IMG/VR virus record: IMGVR_UViG_3300046535_001092
Coordinates: 1 to 64,000 of that record
Reading direction: 5' to 3' (one strand)
Source: a virus
DNA: 64,000 nucleotides
Of the stretch, positions 51,762 through 61,937 are shown in pieces. The notes below the pieces were generated by a model. That model saw nothing but the letters and a program-made list of their open reading frames with translations, was not told the DNA's origin and searched no databases. A program made the translations under genes and the position numbers. Positions within the stretch are counted from its first letter, which is position 1. Each line of letters begins with the position of its first letter.

Positions 51762-52418
51762 GGAACCTAGGGAGTTAAATGTTCACCTTAAATAATCTAT
51801 TGATTGTGTTAGCTGTTCTAGGGATTATCTACTTATTCCGTAGACTCTAACTTCTTATGTATGGTCGTGTGAGGACCCCCCACTGGGGGTGATACCTCTC
51901 AAACCATGGGGCTAAATGCCCTGGACGACCCCGGAGGTACTGAGACCCTCCACCTATTGTGTCCCCAACCTCTTGCACCACGAGGGGTTGGGGATTGTTA
52001 TTTGTGGGCAGATCGTGGTAAGATTGGAGAGTGAAAATGAGCAAGGTTCCTGAGGTCCTCCCCACCTTCTTAGTGAAGGCTATGTGGAGAGCGACAGCGA
52101 TTAAAATGAAGGTAGTAGCTAAGGATGAAGAGGATGCTTGGGACAAGGCTGCGAAACTTGTAAAGAAGATGGAAGGGGGAAGTTCTTGTATAGAGATAAA
52201 GGTAATGGGGACGATCTAGCACAAACTCCAATCACCTTAGGGTTTATGGTTGCTATTGAAACTACAATTCTTGACTCAGAGAGGGTCATTGCTGAAGTAG
52301 TAAGCCAAGCTATTATGAAAGAGTTTGGTTTGAGAGGTATTGATATTAAGAGTCTAGATGTAGCTGAACTCGGTCCAATTGATTGTTATAATGATGACGA
52401 ATTAGATGAAGAGGATGA

Positions 52419-53315
52419 ATGAGAAAACGTACCATTCTGATGTACTCCCGCTCTAGAGGGGGTAAGACTACTCAGATAGCTGAGCTTGCTGAGTATGTCT
52501 ACAAGACCACAGGTAAGAAAACCCTCGTCTACTCGATTGACAAGGGCGGCATTGGGCCTATGATCCCCCATATTGAAGTGGGCATGGTAGACTTGGTCTT
52601 ACTAGAGAATAGTGACCCATGGATTTTCCTCTCAAAGTTGTCTAAGGGACATGTTAGGGATGCTAGTGGTAAGTGGGTTGAAGCTGACCTCTCTAAGTAT
52701 GGTATGATTGCTAACGAATCCCTAACCGGATTTGGTGATGCATTCATGAACTCCCTCGCAGACAAGAGTGCCCAAGGAGTTAACATTGGAGGACAAGCTA
52801 ATGTCTCCTTCAATATCCAAGACGGGACCGAGAGTTTGAAGATTGGTGGTTCCAACATGGCCCACTACAACGTAGTTCAGACTAGAATCTTAGACGAAGT
52901 ATGGCGCTCACAGAAGTTGAATGTCCCATACATTGTATGGACAGCCTCGGCATCCAAAGAGGATGATGAGAATGCAGGCGGGAAAGTGATTGGGCCAGCC
53001 GTAGTTGGTAAGAAATTGACTGCGGAGATGCCTAGACACTTCGACCTAACCTTCAGATTGGATTGTCTCCCTGCTCAAATGGGCAAACCAGAGCGACATA
53101 TCCTCTACCTCGGGAACACCGTTGACCTAGCTGCAGGTAATGCAGTAGGCTTAGGTAACACCCGAGTCCCCCTGAATCCTGGGGTGAAGGAAATGGATTC
53201 AAGCATTGAACCGGCTTCGCTCGTGAAGGCACTCTCGATGATTGAACAGGCAGAAGGTGCAGCGAAGGAAGCACTGATTAAGAGAATGGAGGCATCGAAG
53301 TTTGTAGCTAAGTAG
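52419..53315 (+). CDS. Sak4/AAA_24-like P-loop ATPase (recombination)
   Basis: LMYSRSRGGKTT, ESLT, GPAVVGK, FD; followed by an SSB-like gene. Confidence 0.7.
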   Translation: MRKRTILMYSRSRGGKTTQIAELAEYVYKTTGKKTLVYSIDKGGIGPMIPHIEVGMVDLVLLENSDPWIFLSKLSKGHVRDASGKWVEADLSKYGMIANESLTGFGDAFMNSLADKSAQGVNIGGQANVSFNIQDGTESLKIGGSNMAHYNVVQTRILDEVWRSQKLNVPYIVWTASASKEDDENAGGKVIGPAVVGKKLTAEMPRHFDLTFRLDCLPAQMGKPERHILYLGNTVDLAAGNAVGLGNTRVPLNPGVKEMDSSIEPASLVKALSMIEQAEGAAKEALIKRMEASKFVAK

Positions 53316-53318
53316 GTC

Positions 53319-53347
53319 TTGACAACGTGTGAAGTTGTGAGTATGAT
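53319..53347 (+). promoter_or_regulatory. Sigma70-type promoter
   Basis: TTGACA-17 nt-TATGAT. Confidence 0.7.
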
Positions 53348-53385
53348 AGTCAAATCGTAAACATTGTTTAGGAGAGTAGAAAAAT

Positions 53386-53964
53386 ATGGCAGATCTAAGC
53401 GCACTAGGCGGTCTACAGGCAGTTGAACCACTCGACCTCGCAAACTACGTTGATGCGAAGGAGTCGACTTTTCGTCTTGCCCCCAAGGGTGTCTATACCC
53501 TCCAGGCCCCACCATCGTTCCCAACGGCTGCGTTCTCTAGAACTAAGTCAGGGAACCTCTCAATCCAGGTTGATCCGACGATTGCTGGACCCTCGAACGA
53601 AGGTTACACAATCCGGTTCGTAAAGATTTCTGGCAAGCAGTTCGACCGCTCAGGCCAGAAGGTCTCCCAGATTGGTGACTATCTCCGTGCTTGTGGGTAC
53701 AAGGGTACTCTTCGTAATGAGCAGGAGCAGGCTGACGCAGTTGAGTCAACAGCGAATCAGGTCTATCAGGCCAAGATTGATTGGAGAGCCTTTAACAAGA
53801 AGACCGGCTTCACAGTTGAGGGTATGGAGCGTTTCCCAAAGCGGGAAGACGGCACCTACCAGTCATGGATTGAGGACCCCACAGATAAGGATGAGAATGG
53901 TAAGGCTGTCAGAGTGCCTGCTAGACTCTACATCCCACTCAATGGGTTCATTCCCGCCCTCTAA
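53386..53964 (+). CDS. Putative ssDNA-binding protein (DUF669-like)
   Basis: PKGVY.L, TKSGN, YLRACG; downstream of Sak4-like gene, with own promoter and terminator. Confidence 0.55.
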   Translation: MADLSALGGLQAVEPLDLANYVDAKESTFRLAPKGVYTLQAPPSFPTAAFSRTKSGNLSIQVDPTIAGPSNEGYTIRFVKISGKQFDRSGQKVSQIGDYLRACGYKGTLRNEQEQADAVESTANQVYQAKIDWRAFNKKTGFTVEGMERFPKREDGTYQSWIEDPTDKDENGKAVRVPARLYIPLNGFIPAL

Positions 53965-53996
53965 TAGCTTCGCTGTTAGAGTCGTGTAAGGTTGAC

Positions 53997-54026
53997 GGGG
54001 TAGGGGAATTGTCCTCTACCCCATTT
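53997..54026 (+). terminator. Probable terminator
   Basis: GGGGTAGGGGA-attg-TCCTCTACCCC then ATTTGT. Confidence 0.5.
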
Positions 54027-54525
54027 GTGTCTTAGGGGGTCCTAAAGGTAAAGATGGATAACATTGGAAAAAGTGAAGCAACAGGTGAGGATATTGAGAA
54101 GATTATTTCTAAGTTAGAGCCAGTTCTAGAGAAGGAACCCCGTACCCATGTTCTCATGGCCTGTCTAGCCATTGCATTGATTGCTAATGACCCAGACATT
54201 ACCACCGAGAGGCTCGTGACTGGGGTAAGGGACTTGAGTCAGTGGATTTGCCTCTACCTAGATGATTCTAGTGGAGCTACCCAGTTCATCCCTACAGATA
54301 AAGCTAAACTAAACTAAGGTTAATATGATATTATTTGGAGTTGGGTTCGTAGTTGGAACACTTCTAGGAGGATTCGTAGCTATTGTAGCTATAGATAACT
54401 CTATTGGCCTGTTAAGAAGGAGATAGATATGTTTTATATTGTTATGTTAGTGTTAGGTATTGCTATTGGTTACTATGGTGTCGAGACAATCATCACCTAC
54501 ATTAAGAGTCTATTGAGTAAATAGT

Positions 54526-55230
54526 ATGCATGTAGATCTAGAGTTAGTCTTCAACTTGATGAGGTTCTACCAAGTAGGTATTATAGGTAGTGCTACAAGA
54601 AACTATGAGGGTGCTAAGGATATTGATGTCCTCTTCCTCCACTTCTCAGAGTTTAGTGATGCATGTATAAGGTTTGGGGTTAAGTATCAGGGATGGGATG
54701 CTCATAATGGTCACATTAGGATAACTAAACTTGAGCGACCTGAGATTGATAAGCCTATCCAACTCATTAACCTTGCATCTGTGTCTAGTTTTGAGGAGCA
54801 TCCCCACCAAGTCCTTCTACCTGATGGCTCTCTCCTAAATGAGGGCCATTATTATGTTAAGGAAGATGGATGGAAGTATGACAAAGTGATTAAACTAGAT
54901 AGGCGTAAGGAGTCTAAGCAGGTGATTGCGATGGACTTCGATGGAACCATTAGGGACTGGGACACCTCCAAGCCCCTACCTGGGGTGAAGGATGCCATCA
55001 ACCTCCTCAGGGAGCATGGCTTTAAGGTCCTCATACACAGTGCAAACACTGTCAAGTTCATCGAGCAGTGGATGAATGATAATGATATTAGATATGATGG
55101 GATCTGGTCTGGAGCGGGTAAGCCCGTTGCAAGCATATATGTGGATGACCGAGGATTTAAGCTGCAGGACTGGTCTACAGATCTAGCACATATCCTAGAG
55201 ACTCTAGCTAATGAAGGGGTTAGGTGGTAA
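54526..55230 (+). CDS. Fusion of minimal nucleotidyltransferase-like domain and HAD phosphatase
   Basis: IIGSA..AKDIDVLF; then MDFDGTI..IHSA..GKP..YVDDR. Confidence 0.7.
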   Translation: MHVDLELVFNLMRFYQVGIIGSATRNYEGAKDIDVLFLHFSEFSDACIRFGVKYQGWDAHNGHIRITKLERPEIDKPIQLINLASVSSFEEHPHQVLLPDGSLLNEGHYYVKEDGWKYDKVIKLDRRKESKQVIAMDFDGTIRDWDTSKPLPGVKDAINLLREHGFKVLIHSANTVKFIEQWMNDNDIRYDGIWSGAGKPVASIYVDDRGFKLQDWSTDLAHILETLANEGVRW

Positions 55231-55429
55231 CAAGAAATGATAGATAGTGCTAATCAGTCTATGGGCGATAGAGTTTTTGATATCGTGGAGAAGATTCATC
55301 GACTTAGGAATGATGTTACTATGGCTAAGTTAAATGCAGCCTTTACTATGGAGTTAGAAGAAAGGCTACAGATAGCAGCTGACATTCTAACTAAGGTTGA
55401 GAAGGTCCTTATGGAAATTGAAGGCAATA

Positions 55430-55918
55430 ATGAATGAGCCTAAACATAATCGTGGGAGGAGTGTTCAAGAGGTCTGTACCCCTCATGAGTTTCTAGAAGC
55501 TCTCAAGAAGAAGCTAGGAATGAATGGCGGTAACTTCTATTATGACCTAGCAGCGACAGAGGAGAATAAGGTTACACGACTATGCTATACACCCGAGCAG
55601 GATTCCCTGGTTCAGAGTTGGTACAGTTATGGTATATGGAACTTCTGCAATCCTCCATATGGAGATATCACTCCTTGGGTCCAGAAGGCCTATCTGGAAT
55701 GTAGAAACCATAATGCTCATACTGCCATGCTTGTGCCAGCAAGTGTGGGATCTAATTGGTGGAGAGATAATGTGGATGGCAAAGCCGATGTCCTCTTCCT
55801 CAATGGTCGTATTACATTCGTAGGCCATAATGCTCCCTATCCTAAGGACTGTGCTATACTTCTCTATGCTCCCTTCTTAAATGGTAACTATAGTGTATGG
55901 AGTTGGAACAATGACTAA
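55430..55918 (+). CDS. Phage DNA N6-adenine methyltransferase (T1 Dam-like)
   Basis: TP..F, DLAA..N, DSL..W, CNPPY, WV.KA, LVPA, FLNGRITF. Confidence 0.88.
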   Translation: MNEPKHNRGRSVQEVCTPHEFLEALKKKLGMNGGNFYYDLAATEENKVTRLCYTPEQDSLVQSWYSYGIWNFCNPPYGDITPWVQKAYLECRNHNAHTAMLVPASVGSNWWRDNVDGKADVLFLNGRITFVGHNAPYPKDCAILLYAPFLNGNYSVWSWNND

Positions 55919-56152
55919 GAAGCATGATGATTATGACTATGGTGATAACTTCGATGTCGATAGTGACTACGAAGCCTACAATGATTATATGGACTACCTA
56001 GACGAGAACGCGGAAAGATATGACCATGTAGATGGCTATAGTGTTGACCAGTATAAGGCTGAGATTACCCTAAGACTCGTTGAGGCTATTGATGATTTCC
56101 TAACCGTAGGCACCGTCTCCGAGCTATTAAAGATTGTAGCGGAAAACACTTA

Positions 56153-58948
56153 ATGCTGCCTAAACCATCTTCGTGTATTGGTTGTAGTTTATATGAGAAG
56201 CCCCACGGTAAGACTATGGGCTTCTCCATACCCTGTGGGACAGGTAGGAACGGAGTACTTATTGTAGCAGAGGCCTTGGGAGAGCACGAAGAGAAAGAAG
56301 GAATGGCCCTAGTTGGGAAGACTGGTCAGACCCTCTTCCAACAGCTAGCTAGGGTAGGGATCGAGAGGGATGACTTCACCATCTTCAACACAGTTGCATG
56401 CAGACCCCCCAATAATAAGCTTGCTAAGATGGTCTATGAGCAGGATGCTATTGCCCACTGTGCTCCTAACCTCGACAAAGCCATTGAGGATGCCCACACA
56501 ATCGCTAAGGCTAATGGTAAGAACTTCGTAATATTAACTCTCGGAGTCATCGCCTTTAAGAGGGTGATGGGATTGGACTATAAGAAGGATGCGAACTTCC
56601 TTAAAGCGGATTATATTGGATACCCTCATTGGAGTGACAAGTATGCTTGCTGGGTTATGGCTACTGACCATCCCTCTTACCTCCTACGCGGGAATACTCA
56701 TCTATGGCCTGTCCTGCAGTTTGTATTTAAGCGGGCTTTGGAGATTGCTGATGGGGGCCTTACACTCTACGACCGACCATACGATCTAGACCCTACCCCC
56801 ACAGGATTCGATGAGTGGATCAAAGGCTACGAACGTAGTCTAGTAGAGGACAAAGAGAATCCCCTCTCCTATGACATTGAAACCCCATATAAGAAGAAGA
56901 AGTCTGAGGATGACCTAGCTAATGAGGATGATGCTGATCATACAATTCTTAGGATATCTTTTAGTTATTTTAGCAGTGGAAGTACTCATACTTGTAGTAT
57001 TAAATGGAGTGCTGAGTATCTGGCAGGGATTGAACGACTATTTAAAATAGCCCCTTTCGTCCTGGGGTGGAACAGTGATAATTATGATTACCCCAGAGTC
57101 TCGCGCCACGTTAAGATTCATGGCATTAGCGTTGATGGCATGGTTGCTTGGCATATTCTTAATTCGTCTCTCCCTAAAGGACTGGGGTTCGTTACTCCAT
57201 ACTATGTTCAGAACACTCTGATGTGGAAGCATCTGTCAGAGTCTCAGCCTGCCTTCTACAATGCGAAGGATGCTGATATGGCCCTACAGAACTACCTAGG
57301 GATTAAGAAGGATCTGATTAGGAATAAGCTGTGGGAAGTGTTTGAGATCCATGTCCTCAGGATCAATGAGGCCCTCAACTATATGACAGGGATTGGGGTG
57401 TTGAGAGACACCAAGATGAGGGATGAAGCAGAGCTTCGCCTGCAGGGTGTGTTAGATGGTATTGAGAAGAAGATGGAGGACGTGGTTCCTGTCGAGGCCA
57501 GGAAGCTGAAGTTCTATAAGAAGACTCCTAAGGTTATCAAGGAAGGGATGTTTGAAGTTGAGAAAGACTATCCAGTCAAATACTGCGGAGTATGTGGGGT
57601 CTATAGACCAACTAAAGGACATGCTAAAGTTTGTCCTACTTATGTTGTTGTTGAGATACTTGAGAGACAAAAGGTCTGGGCAGAACCCTTAGAGTTTAAG
57701 ATCTCTAAGCTAGGCATGACCAACTACCAGAAGTCTCTCAGGCATATGGCAGTTGTTAATAGGAGAGAGCAGAAGGTTACGTTCGATGAGGATGCTATTG
57801 TTAGACTAATGAAGGACTATCCTAAGGATCCCCTTTATCCCCTCATTATTAGCCATAGGAAGACTCAGAAACTCCTCTCCACCTATGTAGGTGTAACTCA
57901 GGAGAGTGGGAGAGTAAGGGGAGGGATGCCAGTAGGTAAGGACGGACGCATTCATGCCACCTACACCCATAACCCATCAACATTGAGGTTTGCATGTGAA
58001 GATCCTAATTTACAGAATCTACCGAGACCTAATCCGAGTGATCCTAACGATCCTGTTAATATCATTAGGAATCTTATTATTGCCTCTCCTGGCAATATAC
58101 TTTATGCTAGAGACTTCTCTGGCATCGAGGCTGTACTCACGGGATACTTTGCCATGGACCCCAAATACATTCGTATTGCTAAGAGGGATATCCATACGTA
58201 TTACACGGTGCATGCCTTATATGAGCTTGAGGGTGGGGCTAGAATAAAGGCTAGCGACCTCCCCGACCTAGACTGGCCTGATGACCGTCTATTCCCCTAC
58301 CTAGAACAGCTCAAGAAAGAGTTCAAGCGGGAGAGAAATAGTCTATATAAGCATCTGGTTCATGCTGCTAACTTCATGCAGAGTCCTAAGGGTGCTCAGG
58401 AGAAGATCTTCTCAGAGACCAGGATTGAGTATCCTATTAAGACAGTAGCAAAGGTAATGGATGTCTACTACTCTCTATTCCCGTCTATTCGTAGATGGCA
58501 TAAGGCAGTGTTAGATGAGGCCGAGAAGGATGGATACTTACGCAACCCGTACGGTTACGTCCATAGATTTTCAAAAGTCTACGACTATACGAGAGAGTAT
58601 GGTGAATGGGTTAAGAAAAGTGGCCCGGATAGTAACAAGGTAATCGCGTTTAAGCCTCAGTCTACTGCAGCTGGTATTATCAAGGAGGCTATCCTAGAGC
58701 TATTCTTCAATCGGTTTGAAGAGGCTGGTCAATACCTTAGGTTGCAGGTCCATGACGAGCTTCTTAGTGAGATTCCTAGAGGAGAGTGGGAGAGGGTAGA
58801 CGGGATTATGAGAGAGGTTATGGAGAGACCTAACCCACAGATGAGGATGCCTGAGAGTTGGGGTATGGGCGAATACCTCTCAATATTGACTGAGGCTAAG
58901 GCTGACCTTTCTGAGGTTAGTCGGTGGGGGAGTATGAAAGGACTATGA
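56153..58948 (+). CDS. Family A DNA polymerase with N-terminal uracil-DNA-glycosylase-like domain
   Basis: UDG-like C..C, AEALG..E, VG..G, N...CRPP, HPS; exonuclease DIET/YD/YNAKD; polymerase PNLQNLP, DFSGIE, QVHDEL. Confidence 0.92.
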   Translation: MLPKPSSCIGCSLYEKPHGKTMGFSIPCGTGRNGVLIVAEALGEHEEKEGMALVGKTGQTLFQQLARVGIERDDFTIFNTVACRPPNNKLAKMVYEQDAIAHCAPNLDKAIEDAHTIAKANGKNFVILTLGVIAFKRVMGLDYKKDANFLKADYIGYPHWSDKYACWVMATDHPSYLLRGNTHLWPVLQFVFKRALEIADGGLTLYDRPYDLDPTPTGFDEWIKGYERSLVEDKENPLSYDIETPYKKKKSEDDLANEDDADHTILRISFSYFSSGSTHTCSIKWSAEYLAGIERLFKIAPFVLGWNSDNYDYPRVSRHVKIHGISVDGMVAWHILNSSLPKGLGFVTPYYVQNTLMWKHLSESQPAFYNAKDADMALQNYLGIKKDLIRNKLWEVFEIHVLRINEALNYMTGIGVLRDTKMRDEAELRLQGVLDGIEKKMEDVVPVEARKLKFYKKTPKVIKEGMFEVEKDYPVKYCGVCGVYRPTKGHAKVCPTYVVVEILERQKVWAEPLEFKISKLGMTNYQKSLRHMAVVNRREQKVTFDEDAIVRLMKDYPKDPLYPLIISHRKTQKLLSTYVGVTQESGRVRGGMPVGKDGRIHATYTHNPSTLRFACEDPNLQNLPRPNPSDPNDPVNIIRNLIIASPGNILYARDFSGIEAVLTGYFAMDPKYIRIAKRDIHTYYTVHALYELEGGARIKASDLPDLDWPDDRLFPYLEQLKKEFKRERNSLYKHLVHAANFMQSPKGAQEKIFSETRIEYPIKTVAKVMDVYYSLFPSIRRWHKAVLDEAEKDGYLRNPYGYVHRFSKVYDYTREYGEWVKKSGPDSNKVIAFKPQSTAAGIIKEAILELFFNRFEEAGQYLRLQVHDELLSEIPRGEWERVDGIMREVMERPNPQMRMPESWGMGEYLSILTEAKADLSEVSRWGSMKGL

Positions 58949-59355
58949 TTTATTTAATAGGTAGTCTAAGGAATCCTAAGATCCCTGAGATAACTAATAG
59001 ACTAAGTGAGGCTGGACATGAAGTGTTCTCGGATTGGTATGCTGCTGGAGAGCATGCTGATGATGCTTGGAGGGATTATGAAAAAGGTAGAGGTAGAAGT
59101 TACATCCAGGCTCTTAGAGGATATGCTGCGAAGAACGTATATGAGTTCGATAGAAGGCACTTGGAGAGAGCGGATACTGTTATCCTGGCTGCCCCTGCCG
59201 GTAAGTCTGGTCATCTTGAACTTGGCTGGGCGTTGGGACAGGGTAAGAATGGTTATTACCTCCTTGACTCGCCGGATAGATGGGATGTAATGCTACAGTT
59301 CTGCACAGGAGTATACACAGATATTGAGGACTTAATAGATGAACTTAAAGATTGA
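58945..59355 (+). CDS. Nucleoside 2-deoxyribosyltransferase-like protein
   Basis: IYLIGS, GHEVF.DW, D...L..AD, SGHLELGWALG. Confidence 0.75.
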   Translation: MIYLIGSLRNPKIPEITNRLSEAGHEVFSDWYAAGEHADDAWRDYEKGRGRSYIQALRGYAAKNVYEFDRRHLERADTVILAAPAGKSGHLELGWALGQGKNGYYLLDSPDRWDVMLQFCTGVYTDIEDLIDELKD

Positions 59356-59487
59356 CCTCCTCCCTATTGCAATGAACACATGTATGACCTTTGGTTATGC
59401 CTATAAAGGTAATGAGCCTGGGAAGACAGTCTATTGGTTAGGTGCGACTGTGATTACCCTCGGTCTATATATGATGAAAGGATAAGC

Positions 59488-59733
59488 ATGCCGTATATTG
59501 GAGTGGATAGAAGGGCGGCTCTAATTAATGGAGCACCTATGGAGACCCCAGGCGAATTAAACTATATGATTACCAGCCTAATATTAGAGTATCAGGGGCT
59601 GAAGGGGTTGTCGTACCAGACAATTAATGATATAATCGGTGCCCTAGGCGGGGCCTCCCATGAGTATTATCGAAGAGTGGCTGTGCCCTACGAGTATCAG
59701 AAACAGTTAGATAATGGAGATGTATTTCTATGA
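59488..59733 (+). CDS. DUF6899-like protein
   Basis: MPYI..R..PGELNY.IT..Y..IND..GAL..EYYRR..PYE..K..NGDV. Confidence 0.7.
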   Translation: MPYIGVDRRAALINGAPMETPGELNYMITSLILEYQGLKGLSYQTINDIIGALGGASHEYYRRVAVPYEYQKQLDNGDVFL

Positions 59734-60068
59734 AGATTGCATTCAGTTCTGCACCGTTCGGTAAGGTTGGAAGTGATGACTTTAAACAGGTAGGGGAGCT
59801 TATTGCTCAGCCTAATGGCTACTCGATTCTTAAGTGGGGTCCAACCACAGGGAATGGACAGTCTCCCATCAACCCAGGCACCATCTTAGGAATCAATCCT
59901 GAGGGGGTATATTCGGCAGGGGATGCCTCCCTTATTGGTAATGGGCAGCAGTTCAAGCTTGTGAGCGGCTCACTTGTTATTAGGCCTAATATTAACATTA
60001 ATGATGGGTCTATTCTTATTCCTGGGGCACCTACGGTAGCGTATGTGATTGCCGCTAGGGAGCTATAA
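59730..60068 (+). CDS. Small beta protein, tandem paralog 1
   Basis: Shares FSS.PFGK.GSDDFKQVG and YVIAAR with next gene. Confidence 0.7.
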   Translation: MKIAFSSAPFGKVGSDDFKQVGELIAQPNGYSILKWGPTTGNGQSPINPGTILGINPEGVYSAGDASLIGNGQQFKLVSGSLVIRPNININDGSILIPGAPTVAYVIAAREL

Positions 60069-60373
60069 TGAAGCTCCTCTTTAGTTCAGTGCCATTTGGT
60101 AAGGCCGGGAGCGATGATTTCAAACAAGTAGGGGATACTCAGCCTAATGGAACAGTGCAGTGGGGACCTACTGATGCGAATGGCAGGGTACCTAATAACC
60201 CCCAAACGGTGTTAAGTGTCCAGCCTGATGGGGCTTATCAGACGAGACCACTAGGGTCTAATGGCCCATTTGAGGTCATGAAGTTTACCGGCTCTGAGTT
60301 GATTGTTAGACCTAATACAGGGGACTTTGGTGGCCCCACCACTGGGTATGTGATTGCAGCGAGGACATTATGA
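60068..60373 (+). CDS. Small beta protein, tandem paralog 2
   Basis: Same conserved ends; LSVQPDG..QTRP.G..GPFE. Confidence 0.7.
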   Translation: MKLLFSSVPFGKAGSDDFKQVGDTQPNGTVQWGPTDANGRVPNNPQTVLSVQPDGAYQTRPLGSNGPFEVMKFTGSELIVRPNTGDFGGPTTGYVIAARTL

Positions 60374-61524
60374 GTAATAGTTTGATTCTTCTATCAGGGG
60401 GTAGTGGGGGAGGGGGTGGAAATGCAGGTCAAAAGGGTAGGATCTGGATTGATAACCTAGTCTTCAGGGATGCCTCAGGAGCCATTTGGCCTTGGAGAGG
60501 GGTAACAGCCTTTACCCTCTATTTGAAGTGGCTACAGGGCAGGGAAGGGGCTGTAGACCCCCTCCTAAGCAACTGGCTAGCCAACTGTCCAGGTCTCAAC
60601 GTGGTTAGGGTCCTAGGGATGGTCAATAGCTTCGCACACCTCCATCCTCAGGAGTGGCCTGACTACTACTCCCAACTTAAGCCCTTCGCCGACCACCTAC
60701 TCAATGTGTGGGGGATCCGGGTGGAGTTCGTTATCTTTGCAGATAGCGGGGATATCATGCCAGATCCTAACCAGCAGAATGTTCATGCCTCCATTATAGT
60801 AGATACCCTAAGTGGGTGTGAGAATGTCTTCATCGAGGTTGCTAACGAGCCTTCACAGCATACTAACCTGGATGGTGGGGATGCTAGAGCCTTTGATATC
60901 TACTATAGTATTAGAAGTAGAGGGTTGCTGGTGGCTACAGGGGCTGGAGATGGAGATTATCCTGGTGACTATATCACTGTCCATACTCCTAGAGATGATC
61001 AGTGGCCTAGAAAGGCTAAGGATCTCCTAGATGTCAGAGACATTACTCATAGTCCATGTGTGGGGGATGAGCCTATGGGCTGTGCAGAGGTCTTCATTGA
61101 TGGTAAGAGAGACACCAACCCACGCAACTTTGCTGATTATGCCGCTACTGCTCAGTTAGAGGGAGCAGGAGCCACCTTCCACTCAGACGCAGGGATCAAT
61201 GGGGAAGTCTTTGGACCTGTGACGGCTGCATGCGCTAAGGCATGGTTCGCAGCGGCTGCCTGGGTACCACCTCAGGCTCAGCTGGAGCAGTTCCTACGTG
61301 GACAGGTCAACACCCCATGTATGTGGACTCATGCCCCAGGAGATGAACCTGGACCCTGCCAGCACGATGATAGTATCGAGATTAGAAGCTATGGTAAGAT
61401 CATCGGGAGTGAGTGCTGGGTTACTCAGGTTCAGACCCAGAGAGCTAGTCCTACCGTATGTGGTGGGTGGGCTATTGATAGTGTTGGACCCTCAACTGGT
61501 CTGACTAAGTTTAGGAGAGTTTGA
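60370..61524 (+). CDS. Clan-A (GH5-like) TIM-barrel glycoside hydrolase
   Basis: F.D..G..W.WRG, N..RV, EVANEP acid/base, H..R, GDEP nucleophile, TFH. Confidence 0.7.
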   Translation: MSNSLILLSGGSGGGGGNAGQKGRIWIDNLVFRDASGAIWPWRGVTAFTLYLKWLQGREGAVDPLLSNWLANCPGLNVVRVLGMVNSFAHLHPQEWPDYYSQLKPFADHLLNVWGIRVEFVIFADSGDIMPDPNQQNVHASIIVDTLSGCENVFIEVANEPSQHTNLDGGDARAFDIYYSIRSRGLLVATGAGDGDYPGDYITVHTPRDDQWPRKAKDLLDVRDITHSPCVGDEPMGCAEVFIDGKRDTNPRNFADYAATAQLEGAGATFHSDAGINGEVFGPVTAACAKAWFAAAAWVPPQAQLEQFLRGQVNTPCMWTHAPGDEPGPCQHDDSIEIRSYGKIIGSECWVTQVQTQRASPTVCGGWAIDSVGPSTGLTKFRRV

Positions 61525-61937
61525 TGAAAATATATATTGCAGGGCCTTGGGTCCAGAAAGAGGACATTGCTAAGATTGCTTTACAGGTTGAAGCCGAAGG
61601 CCATAAGATTACCCATAAGTGGTGGGAAGTAGAGAATGGTGAAGAGTTAGAGGCTAATAGAGAGCCTGCAGAGCTAAGAAGGCAGGGACAGCTAGACCTA
61701 GCAGGTGTAATGAATGCTGATACTGTTCTGCTAATTAATAGTATGAAGAGTGAGGGTAAGGCTGTTGAACAGGGTATTGCCTTAGGGCAGGATATACCTA
61801 TCATTGCTGTGGGTAAGAGAGGGGAACACTCTAATAACGTATTTCATTACCTACCTAACTATAGATGGGTTGATGATGTTGAACATGCCATTGAAGAACT
61901 TCAGTGGATTGATGCTGTAAAGGGGATGAATGTCTAA
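61521..61937 (+). CDS. Second nucleoside 2-deoxyribosyltransferase-like protein
   Basis: KIYIAG, GHKITHKW, DLAGVMNAD, GKAVEQGIALG, NVFH. Confidence 0.75.
   Translation: MMKIYIAGPWVQKEDIAKIALQVEAEGHKITHKWWEVENGEELEANREPAELRRQGQLDLAGVMNADTVLLINSMKSEGKAVEQGIALGQDIPIIAVGKRGEHSNNVFHYLPNYRWVDDVEHAIEELQWIDAVKGMNV

Noticed and set aside
56153-58948. Intein or intron in PolA or TerL
   Set aside because: Lengths are accounted for by normal domains, with no splice-junction motifs
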